In this document: one piece after another, positions 1 through 7,635 of the stretch
Numbering within the stretch: position 1 is the stretch's first letter
How the letters are laid out: each line of letters begins with the position of its first letter
Source: Candidatus Iainarchaeum sp.
GTDB lineage: Archaea; Iainarchaeota; Iainarchaeia; Iainarchaeales; JAAZKV01
NCBI GenBank assembly: GCA_028690725.1
Contig: JAQVAR010000002.1
Location: 1 to 34,930, forward strand
Reading direction: 5' to 3'
DNA length: 34,930 nucleotides
Position numbers and translations under genes: made by a program
The notes under the pieces: model-generated
The model's database searches: none
What the model was told of the DNA's origin: nothing
What the model saw: only the letters and a program-made list of their open reading frames with translations

Positions 1-14
1 TAAAAAACAATACT

Positions 15-22
15 AAAAAAAA
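15..22 (-). terminator. T8 run immediately 3' of tRNA-Gln (archaeal oligo-T terminator)
   Basis: A8 on the plus strand at 15..22 gives T8 on the minus strand, directly after the discriminator base of the tRNA. Confidence 0.4.
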
Positions 23-163
23 TAGCCCCGCAGAGATTCGAACTCCGGTCTCAGGCTTACTACACCAATACCCATTGAGTGCGTAGCACAAAATAGTGCT
101 TCGTACCCACCAGGCGAAACTGGTGCCAAAGGCCTGCATCCTTAGCCACTAGACGACGGGGCT
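23..163 (-). tRNA. tRNA-Gln(UUG) with a 68-nt intron after position 37
   Basis: Hand-folded minus-strand cloverleaf. Acceptor AGCCCCG/CGGGGCT (A1-U72), D stem GTCT/GGAT, anticodon stem CAGGC/GCCTG, loop C-U-UUG-G. T arm CGGAG-TTCGAAT-CTCTG, variable AGAC, discriminator A. 5' exon 163..126, intron 125..58, 3' exon 57..23. CCA is not encoded. Confidence 0.85.
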
Positions 164-215
164 GAACGGCTTGCTCCGTTCAAACGCGGGCACCTTCGGT
201 AGCCCATTATGAACT
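164..215 (-). ncRNA. GC-rich two-hairpin element directly 5' of tRNA-Gln (structured leader or small RNA)
   Basis: Hairpin A is GAACGG(164-169)/CCGTTC(176-181). Hairpin B is GGGCACC(188-194)/GGT-A-GCCC(198-205). Both are far more GC-rich than the surrounding sequence. An A/T-rich TATA-like stretch lies around 232-243 upstream on the minus strand. Confidence 0.35.
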
Positions 216-251
216 TAACAAAATTAGCTTCAACAAAATTTAAAAATGCTC

Positions 252-1475
252 TCACTTGCTTATTTTAACTTCTTCAATTTTGTTTTGAGATGCTTTTGTT
301 ATCTCAAATTTTATATTATTAAAGTTAAACTTTTTACCTTTTTTTGGAAAATAATCAATTTTTTCTAACAAAAAACCAGCAATAGTATTAAATTTTTTGC
401 TAGAAAGATTCAAATTTAGTTCTTTATTAATTGTTTCCAATTCTGTACCACCCTCAACAATAATTGTTTTTTCATTAATAATCTTCATATCGTATTCATC
501 ATCTTTTGATTCAGTTATTTCACCAACCAATTCTTCTAAAATATCTTCTAATGTAATTAATCCTTGTATCCCACCATATTCCCCAACAACTATAGCAATA
601 TGAATTTTTTTTTCTTGGAACTTTTTTAAAAGAGAACCAATTTTTTTAGAAGATGGAATAAAAAGGGCCGATTCCATTAAAGAAGATACTTTAACATCCA
701 ATTTTCTATTAATAAATTTTAAGGCACTACGAACATTAAAAATACCAATAATCATATCAGTCTTAATATCATAAACAGGAATTTTTGAATAAGGAGTTGT
801 TTTCAAAAAATTTTTTAATTGATTCAAAGTTTTGTCTTTTTCAACAACAATCATTTCCATCCTAGGAGTCATTACTTGTTCAACACTTAAATCATCTAAT
901 CTAAAAACATTTTGAATCATTTCTTTTTCTTCTTCATCAATGGCCCCTTCTTTATGACCTAATGCAATAACCATTCTTATTTCTTCTTCAGTAAGAATAT
1001 CATTTGAATGAACTCCAACAAAAATTTTTGTTATTTTTTCTAAAAACCAAGTAATAGGCGATAATAAAAAAACAATCCAAGAAAGAATTGGTGCTATAAA
1101 AAGAATAAATTTTGTAGAATTTTTTGCAGCAAAACTTTTTGGAGTGATTTCACCAAAAATGAGTATTAATAAAGTCATTATAAAAGTTGAAACTGCAATA
1201 CCAATATTTTCGGGAAATATTTGTAACATTATTGAAGCAGCAATTGATGCAGCACCAATATTTACAACATTATTCATGACAAGAATAGTAATCAAAACCT
1301 TGTTTTGTTTTCTTTTTAATTCTTGCAACAAAATAGCATTAACCATTTTCTTCTTAACAAGTTTTTCTACTTTAAATCTATTAACAGAATAAAAAGCTGT
1401 TTCAGTAGCTGAAAATAAAGCAGATAAAATTAACAAAAAAAATAAAATTACTATTTGAATTAACATATAAAACAA
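252..1475 (-). CDS. CNNM/CorC/TlyC-family transporter-associated protein (DUF21 membrane domain, CBS pair, CorC_HlyC C-terminal domain)
   Basis: 407 aa. The N-terminal multi-TM region carries the SATETAF motif typical of DUF21. It is followed by CBS-like repeats and a C-terminal CorC/HlyC-like domain. Confidence 0.85.
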   Translation of the reverse strand: MFYMLIQIVILFFLLILSALFSATETAFYSVNRFKVEKLVKKKMVNAILLQELKRKQNKVLITILVMNNVVNIGAASIAASIMLQIFPENIGIAVSTFIMTLLILIFGEITPKSFAAKNSTKFILFIAPILSWIVFLLSPITWFLEKITKIFVGVHSNDILTEEEIRMVIALGHKEGAIDEEEKEMIQNVFRLDDLSVEQVMTPRMEMIVVEKDKTLNQLKNFLKTTPYSKIPVYDIKTDMIIGIFNVRSALKFINRKLDVKVSSLMESALFIPSSKKIGSLLKKFQEKKIHIAIVVGEYGGIQGLITLEDILEELVGEITESKDDEYDMKIINEKTIIVEGGTELETINKELNLNLSSKKFNTIAGFLLEKIDYFPKKGKKFNFNNIKFEITKASQNKIEEVKISK

Positions 1476-1581
1476 CTAAAAGAAAGCTAGTTATTAAGTA
1501 TTTTAAAGCTTTTCTAATGCAAATTTTATTGAAGAATAGCAAAGCAAATCTTTAATTAAATTATTGGAAAAAATTATTTTT

Positions 1582-1670
1582 GGGCGGGTAGCTTAGTGGT
1601 GGAGCACTCGACTGATATCGTTAAAACGATAGTAATCGAGCGGTCACGAGTTCAAGTCTCGTCCTGCCCA
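1582..1670 (+). tRNA. tRNA-Ile(GAU) with a 17-nt intron after position 37
   Basis: Acceptor GGGCGGG/CCTGCCC, D stem GCTT/GAGC, anticodon stem CTCGA/TCGAG, loop C-T-GAT-A. Intron is TCGTTAAAACGATAGTA. T arm ACGAG-TTCAAGT-CTCGT, discriminator A. Confidence 0.85.
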
Positions 1671-1736
1671 TTTTAATTCCAAAATTAAAATTGCAAAAGT
1701 ATAATAACTAATTTTGACTAATTTTAATGATAAAAA

Positions 1737-2330
1737 ATGATTGAAAATAATTTAGTTTGGATCCCTTTTATTCTACTAAGTTATTTTTTACTTGGTTTTT
1801 TATTAAAATTTGCTGACGCTAGTTTTGACGATAAATTATTCTCAAAAAAAAAATCTTTTTTTATAATGTTAATAGTTGCCGTTTTTTCAGCAATTTTAAT
1901 GTATTTGTCAGATGAAACAAAAATAATTTTTATTGCATTTATTATTGGATTGGTATTAGCAAAAAAAATTGATAATTATGCTTTTATCACAGCAGCATTT
2001 ATTTGTTTTACAATATTTTTTATTGTTGGAGGAACAATTGACATAATTTATTTCAACATAGAAATTTTTACAATATTATTTGTAGCAATTTTGTTAGAAG
2101 AAAAAATAAATTATAAAAAAGATAAATGGTTTAAAACAAAAAAAGGAAAATTATTTAGTTTTATTTTTGAATACGGAGTAATGGTAAAATTATCGGGATT
2201 TGTAGCATTTGTTATATTAAGTTATAATCCATTGTATTTTTTTGCAATAATATTATTTGACTTAGGATATGATTTAATGATATTGATAACACATAAAAAG
2301 CTTGGGAAAAAAATATTGTGGAACAGTTAA
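1737..2330 (+). CDS. hypothetical multi-pass membrane protein
   Basis: 197-aa ORF with about 6 hydrophobic segments. I recognise no family. Confidence 0.6.
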   Translation: MIENNLVWIPFILLSYFLLGFLLKFADASFDDKLFSKKKSFFIMLIVAVFSAILMYLSDETKIIFIAFIIGLVLAKKIDNYAFITAAFICFTIFFIVGGTIDIIYFNIEIFTILFVAILLEEKINYKKDKWFKTKKGKLFSFIFEYGVMVKLSGFVAFVILSYNPLYFFAIILFDLGYDLMILITHKKLGKKILWNS

Positions 2331-2343
2331 AAGAAAAAAAAAA

Positions 2344-2916
2344 TCAATTTTTTTCAAAATTTAAAACATATTCCTTATATGTTGAAGGATCACTTTCAAT
2401 CAATTCTGTTTCTTTTTTATTTAATCCTTCCAAATATTCCCTTATTATTCTTAATGAATTATTATGAGCACAAATTAAAACATTACAATTGTTTAATTGT
2501 AAAAATTTTATTAAATCATTCATAAATGAAAAAACCCTTTTCGAAACATCATGCAAATTTTCACCGTTTGGAATATTTGCATAATAAGAACGATGCACTT
2601 CATCATATTTTTCTGGAAAAAAATTTTTAAATAATTTTTTTTCATGACCAGAAAAAATCCCATAATTTCTTTCCCTCAAACGATGATCAATAATTATTTT
2701 TATTCCAACATGTTTTTTTGCAACTTCAAGCAAAGCCTGTTTACCCCTTAATTGATCAGAACAAAAAGCAAAATCAATTTTTTCTTTAGAAAGTGTTTTA
2801 GCAACCTCTCTAGCATTAAAAAATCCTTTTTCACTTAAAGGCAGATTTAACCAACCCAAAAAAATTTTTTCATTTGTTTTAACTTCTCCAGCCCTAAACA
2901 AAAATATCTTTTGCAT
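2344..2916 (-). CDS. histidine phosphatase superfamily (phosphoglycerate mutase-like) protein with RHG changed to RAG
   Basis: The N-terminus IFLFRAGEVKTNE aligns to the LxRHGETxxN motif. Downstream family residues are present (SDQLRGKQ, ERNYGIFSG, CAHNNSLR). The nucleophile His codon is GCT (Ala). Confidence 0.7.
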   Translation of the reverse strand: MQKIFLFRAGEVKTNEKIFLGWLNLPLSEKGFFNAREVAKTLSKEKIDFAFCSDQLRGKQALLEVAKKHVGIKIIIDHRLRERNYGIFSGHEKKLFKNFFPEKYDEVHRSYYANIPNGENLHDVSKRVFSFMNDLIKFLQLNNCNVLICAHNNSLRIIREYLEGLNKKETELIESDPSTYKEYVLNFEKN

Positions 2917-2964
2917 AATAATAATATGTTGTTATAGTTTAAAATCCTTTATTTTAAACAATTA

Positions 2965-3501
2965 TTACAATCCAAGTTCTTCTTCCCAAACAGAAACAAA
3001 ATTATCAACCATTGAATCTAAAAACGATTTTTTATAAACAATCAAATGTTCCAAAATTGGTTCTTTGTTAACAATAGAATAAAAGGTTTTTTCACCAATA
3101 TTTTTTTCAATAACTAAACCAGCAGAAATAATTTTTTTTAAATGAAAATTTACTATTGTTTTTGAAAGACTTGTTTCTTTAGAAATGTTATTTAAAGTTG
3201 ATCTTCTTTTTTCTAATAAAAAAATAAGTATTTTTCTCACTTGTTTTTGTCTTAATAAATTCATTATTTTCGAATCAACCGTTTTTTCTTGTAATGAATA
3301 AAAACGAGAAAATTTTCCCTCTTTTTCTTCTCTAATATAATTTTTTCTTTTTAAATAATCTAAATGATATTGAATTACCCCATTAACAAAACCAACTCTC
3401 CTTTGAATTTCTCTAAAATGCAAACCCGGATTTTTTATAATAATAGAATATATTTTGTCCCTTGGTGAAATAACCATTTCTTCTTCAATTTTTTTTTTCA
3501 T
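2965..3501 (-). CDS. transcriptional regulator with two ArsR-like winged-helix domains
   Basis: Two wHTH-like segments are present (PGLHFREIQRRVGFVNGVIQYHLDYLKRKNYI and STLNNISKETSLSKTIVNFHLKKIISAGLV). I chose the start at the ATG at 3501 (MKKKIEEE) because it avoids overlap with the upstream gene. The ORF itself extends to 3543. Confidence 0.7.
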   Translation of the reverse strand: MKKKIEEEMVISPRDKIYSIIIKNPGLHFREIQRRVGFVNGVIQYHLDYLKRKNYIREEKEGKFSRFYSLQEKTVDSKIMNLLRQKQVRKILIFLLEKRRSTLNNISKETSLSKTIVNFHLKKIISAGLVIEKNIGEKTFYSIVNKEPILEHLIVYKKSFLDSMVDNFVSVWEEELGL

Positions 3502-3511
3502 TTTCAACCAG

Positions 3512-3877
3512 CTATTTTTTGAATAATGCAATAAACAAAGCACTGATTATTATTAAATCAAAAACCCCTTGAACAGCAGGATTCATAAAAACCCCTGGAG
3601 AAAAATAAAAATCTATTAAATTAAGAAAACTCTGAAAAAAAATAAAACTAAATGCTATAAAAACAAGTAATAATCTTTTAGAATTTTTTTTTCTAAAAGA
3701 AAGAAAAGCAATTAGCAAAATAATTGATGAAAATATAATAACTAACCAAACAACAATTGGATTGATTATTTGTGCTACTTCAACTGGAAATCTTAAAAAA
3801 CCCCATGGTTTTGCAAAAACATTTTGCAAAAAAAACAAGACAAATAAAAAAACTGTTATTATTTTAAAATTATTCAA
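3512..3877 (-). CDS. hypothetical small membrane protein (signal/anchor plus 3 TM segments)
   Basis: 121-aa ORF with a hydrophobic N-terminus and further TM segments. It lies directly upstream of, and co-directional with, the double-wHTH regulator. Confidence 0.55.
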   Translation of the reverse strand: MNNFKIITVFLFVLFFLQNVFAKPWGFLRFPVEVAQIINPIVVWLVIIFSSIILLIAFLSFRKKNSKRLLLVFIAFSFIFFQSFLNLIDFYFSPGVFMNPAVQGVFDLIIISALFIALFKK

Positions 3878-4301
3878 TTATAATCACCACACCAACAATA
3901 AAATAATGCACAACCAATATAATAATTTGTTGTACGAACAACGAAAGGACAAAATATTGTTTTTTTATTGCTTATAAATCATTTTTGGTACAAAATTAAC
4001 AATATCAACAAACAATTTTTAAAAATAATTTTCTTTCTCTAGGGCCATCAAACTCTGAAAAAAAATTCAATTTCATTCTCATTAAATTTCGCGATGATAT
4101 ACCCCCAAACACCAACCAAAGATAAAATGAACTTATTAGCAAAAACATATCCCTCTTTTTTTAGAGAATTTTTTCTTTTAACAATACAAAAAACATATTC
4201 CAGAACAAATTTTTGATTTTGAAACGATTTTTTGAACTTCATTTGTAATATCAATTAATTCGTTTTTTTTACTTGTTTTTATTTGTATTTCTTCTAACAT
4301 T

Positions 4302-5729
4302 CTACTCACTAATTTTTTGTTTTAATTTTTCTAAAACTTCTTCTATTCTTGCAGAACCTTTTGTTTCTCTCATTACCAAACCAGCTAAAAAATTAATTAC
4401 TTTGTTATTACCTTTTTTATAATCAAGAACAGCATTATTATTTTTCTCTAAAACATTATTAATTATTGATTCCAAATCAATTTCTTTTATTAATAACCCA
4501 TTTTTTTCTAAGTATTCTTTTGGAGGAGTATTATCTCCAGAAATATAATTTATTAATGATTGTTTAACATTTTTGTCAGAAACTTTTCCATTTTTAATTA
4601 ATAAAATAAGTTCTTGTAAATCATTAATCTTGATTTTAACTTGATTTAATTTTAATGAATCATGATTTAAAATTGAAAGTAATTCTCTTGTTAATAAATT
4701 TGAAGTTATTTTTGCATCAACTTTTTTTTGCATTAATTCTTCAAATAATTTACTTAAATCAAAATTGTTACAAAGAACATTAGATTCATATTCATTTAAA
4801 TTGTACTCACTAACAAACCTTTGTATTTTTTGTTGCGGAAGTTCAGGCATTTCATTTCTTATTTTTTCTATTTGTTTATTATTCAAAAAAACTTTTACTA
4901 GATCAGGATCAAAAATATAACCATAATCTTCTTCAGTTTCTTTTTTTCTTGCTTCCACTGTTTGCCCAGTATCAGCATTGAAAAGCCTTGTACATTGTTC
5001 TATTTTGTTTCCAACTTTTTCTTGTTGTTTTTGTCTTGCTAACTCAAAAGCAAGTGCTTTTTCTGCAGCTTGAAAACCAGAAACATTTTTTATTTCTACT
5101 CTGTTACCACCATTAATTGAAATATTACAATCTGCTTTCATTGTCATATTTGGCATTAAAACATTTAAATAAGAAAGAATTGTTTCAAGTTGATTTAAAA
5201 ATCCTCTTGCTTCTAATGGAGAAGAAAAGTCTGGTTCAGTAACAATTTCTAATAATGGAAACCCACTTCTATTATAATCAATTAAAGAATAATTACTTTT
5301 CCCTAATCCTTGCGGATGAATTAATGCAGCAGGATCAAGTTCTAAATGAGCTCTTCGTATTCTAACTTTCTTTTCACCCAATTTAATAAAACCATTTTCT
5401 GCAACAGGAACTTCATATTGAGTAATTTGATAATTTGCACTCATATCAGGATAAAAATATGTTTTTCTAGAAAAAAAGAAATTATTATTTATTTTACAAT
5501 TAAGAGCTAAACCAACTTTTATTGCGTGTTCAACTGCTTTTGCATTTAACACAGGTTTGCTTCCAGGGTGTGCTAAACAAACTGGGCAAGTAACAGAATT
5601 TGGTTCTGCATTAATAATGTCTGTTGAACAAGAACAAAACAATTTTGATTTTGTATTTAAATAAACATGAATTTCTAACCCAATCATTACACTCGTCATT
5701 TTTTTATTTGGATTGTTTGTTTCATTCAT
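4302..5729 (-). CDS. gatB: Asp-tRNA(Asn)/Glu-tRNA(Gln) amidotransferase subunit B
   Basis: 475 aa. Family hallmarks include IGLEIHVYL, the FCSC...CPVCLAHPGSKP zinc-like motif, and a C-terminal YqeY-like tail. It is the last gene of the aspS-gatC-gatA-gatB string. Confidence 0.92.
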   Translation of the reverse strand: MNETNNPNKKMTSVMIGLEIHVYLNTKSKLFCSCSTDIINAEPNSVTCPVCLAHPGSKPVLNAKAVEHAIKVGLALNCKINNNFFFSRKTYFYPDMSANYQITQYEVPVAENGFIKLGEKKVRIRRAHLELDPAALIHPQGLGKSNYSLIDYNRSGFPLLEIVTEPDFSSPLEARGFLNQLETILSYLNVLMPNMTMKADCNISINGGNRVEIKNVSGFQAAEKALAFELARQKQQEKVGNKIEQCTRLFNADTGQTVEARKKETEEDYGYIFDPDLVKVFLNNKQIEKIRNEMPELPQQKIQRFVSEYNLNEYESNVLCNNFDLSKLFEELMQKKVDAKITSNLLTRELLSILNHDSLKLNQVKIKINDLQELILLIKNGKVSDKNVKQSLINYISGDNTPPKEYLEKNGLLIKEIDLESIINNVLEKNNNAVLDYKKGNNKVINFLAGLVMRETKGSARIEEVLEKLKQKISE

Positions 5730-5801
5730 TTTATCTTCACCAGCCGAGTAAAATCAATAATTTCATTCATATCAGAAACTTTTGCTTTTTTGTAAATAAT
5801 T

Positions 5802-7217
5802 TTACTCAAGTTCCATCACCTTTCCGAAACTATACAATTTTTGTTCTTGTAAATGTGGAGCAATTGCCATTAAACCAACTGGTAACCCTTTTGAAAAACC
5901 AGCATTACAAGAAGAGTGTGGTAAACCGGCAAGATTAGCAGGAATAGTACACAAATCCATTGCAAAATTTTCAAGAGGAGTCATTTTTTCTATTTCACTA
6001 AATTTTGGTGGAACCATAGGCATTGTTGGAGTCAATAATAAATCATATTTTTTGAACTGTTGATTAAATTCATTAATTAATTTTGTTCTCACTCTTAACG
6101 CTTTCAAATAATAAGCATCTCTAAAACCAGACATTCGTGTAAAAGTTCCAAGAATAATTCTCCTTTTTGTTTCTTCTGAAAAATAATTACTCCTTATTTC
6201 TGAAAAATAATCATCAAAATGTTTTCCAACAACATCTCCTTGAACACCATATCTTAAACCAGATAATTTTGCCAAATTTGTTGATGCTTCAGAAGTAGCA
6301 ATAATATAATAAGCGGAAAGCGCATATTCAGAATTCAATGGCAATTCAACTTCTTCAATTTTAACAAATTCTTTTAACTTATCAATTTTTTCCAAAACAA
6401 TTTTTTTTACTTCATCAGAACAATTTTCAAAAAAATTTTTTACAATAGCAATTTTTTGTATTGACCCTTCTTCTATTTCAAATTTTTTTCCAATATTAGT
6501 TGAATCAAAATTATCCTCACCACTAATAACATTCAATAATAATGCTACATCTTCAATATTTCTTCCTATAGAACCAATTTTATCTAAAGAATTAGCATAA
6601 TCAATCAAACCATATCTAGAAACCAAGCCATATGTAGGAGTAATACTTGTTACACCACAAAACGATGATGGACAAGCTATCGAACCACCAGTACTCTCAC
6701 CAATAGAAGCATGATACCTAGAAGTATAAGCAGTAAAAGCAGCTGAACTACCACTACTACCACCACAACTTCTTTCATTATCAAAAGGGTTTTTTGGAAT
6801 TTTTTCAGTATTTGTTGAAAAAGTACCAAAACCAAATTCATCTTGAGTTGTTTTTGCAAGAATAATTGCCCCTTCTTCCCTAGCTTTTTTTATTACAGTA
6901 GCATCAAACAATGGTTTGTAACCTTTTAATATTTTAGAACCGGCTTTTGTTTCTAAATCTTTAACACAAATGGAATCTTTTATTGTTAATGGAACACCAA
7001 ACAATTTTCCTTTACTACTATTTTTTTTTAAATCATTTAATTGTTGTAAAACATTTTTTTCATCATATTCTTCAATATAATTCAATTTTTTGTTTTGAGA
7101 TGCATTTAATTCTAAAATTATTTTGTGAAGATTTTCTTCAACCAATGAAAAATCTTTTTTTGAATTTTCAACAAAAAATTTTAAAGATTCTTTTCTACCC
7201 ACAAAAACCAACTTCAA
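5802..7217 (-). CDS. gatA: Asp-tRNA(Asn)/Glu-tRNA(Gln) amidotransferase subunit A (amidase signature family)
   Basis: 471 aa with the amidase signature GGSSGSSAA and a conserved Ser-cisSer-Lys context. The apparent start is TTG at 7217, 4 nt after the gatC stop. Confidence 0.9.
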   Translation of the reverse strand: MKLVFVGRKESLKFFVENSKKDFSLVEENLHKIILELNASQNKKLNYIEEYDEKNVLQQLNDLKKNSSKGKLFGVPLTIKDSICVKDLETKAGSKILKGYKPLFDATVIKKAREEGAIILAKTTQDEFGFGTFSTNTEKIPKNPFDNERSCGGSSGSSAAFTAYTSRYHASIGESTGGSIACPSSFCGVTSITPTYGLVSRYGLIDYANSLDKIGSIGRNIEDVALLLNVISGEDNFDSTNIGKKFEIEEGSIQKIAIVKNFFENCSDEVKKIVLEKIDKLKEFVKIEEVELPLNSEYALSAYYIIATSEASTNLAKLSGLRYGVQGDVVGKHFDDYFSEIRSNYFSEETKRRIILGTFTRMSGFRDAYYLKALRVRTKLINEFNQQFKKYDLLLTPTMPMVPPKFSEIEKMTPLENFAMDLCTIPANLAGLPHSSCNAGFSKGLPVGLMAIAPHLQEQKLYSFGKVMELE

Positions 7218-7221
7218 ACAA

Positions 7222-7521
7222 TCAAACCACTTTAGGTCCTTTAATATAACCCAAATCTCTTAAATCAATTTTTACATTCTCCAAAGCTTCTTCTTGAGAA
7301 AAACCCTTTTTTGGAATATCTTCCCTCAACTTATTTTTTTGTTCAATTGGTTGAAAAGAAGGTTCTTCTTCAGCAATAATTTCATCTAATTTATTAAACG
7401 CCTTTAATATTATCTCTCTTATTTGAGGAGTAAATTTTTTTAATTCTTCTTCTGTTAATTTTAAGCGTGCATTTTGTGCTACTTTTTGAACTAAAACTTC
7501 ATTTACAACAACATCAACCAT
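7222..7521 (-). CDS. gatC: Asp-tRNA(Asn)/Glu-tRNA(Gln) amidotransferase subunit C
   Basis: 99 aa. Size, position between aspS and gatA, and GatC-like sequence (VAQNARLKLTEEELKKFTPQ) support the call. Confidence 0.8.
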   Translation of the reverse strand: MVDVVVNEVLVQKVAQNARLKLTEEELKKFTPQIREIILKAFNKLDEIIAEEEPSFQPIEQKNKLREDIPKKGFSQEEALENVKIDLRDLGYIKGPKVV

Positions 7522-7635
7522 GAATATAATTAGTTGGAAAAAGCTTTTAAAAGTAAGAATTTTGTTTCAAAACAAAAAAAATAATAAAATTAAACAAAAC
7601 AAAAATATTAATTAATAATTAACTTAAAGTAAAAA

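Noticed and set aside
2965-3543. N-terminal extensions offered by the ORF track: 3543 for the wHTH regulator, 21408 for KaiC-like, 28675 for glyS, 30889 for flpA, 31838 for the MazF-like gene and 12111 for the acidic protein.
   Set aside because: The internal ATG starts avoid gene overlaps, follow GGTG or AGGTGA-like ribosome-binding sites, or remove hydrophobic junk residues. The longer forms remain possible.
4048-4254. 68-aa ORF in the long gap downstream of gatB, considered as a small protein or a decayed homing-endonuclease fragment.
   Set aside because: It has no LAGLIDADG-like or other motif and no obvious ribosome-binding site, and I cannot judge its conservation. It is kept only as part of the unexplained-gap finding.
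6677-6859. 60-aa ORF containing a VVVVVVV run inside gatA.
   Set aside because: It is an alternate-frame reading of the GGSSGSSAA amidase-signature region of gatA and is not an independent gene.
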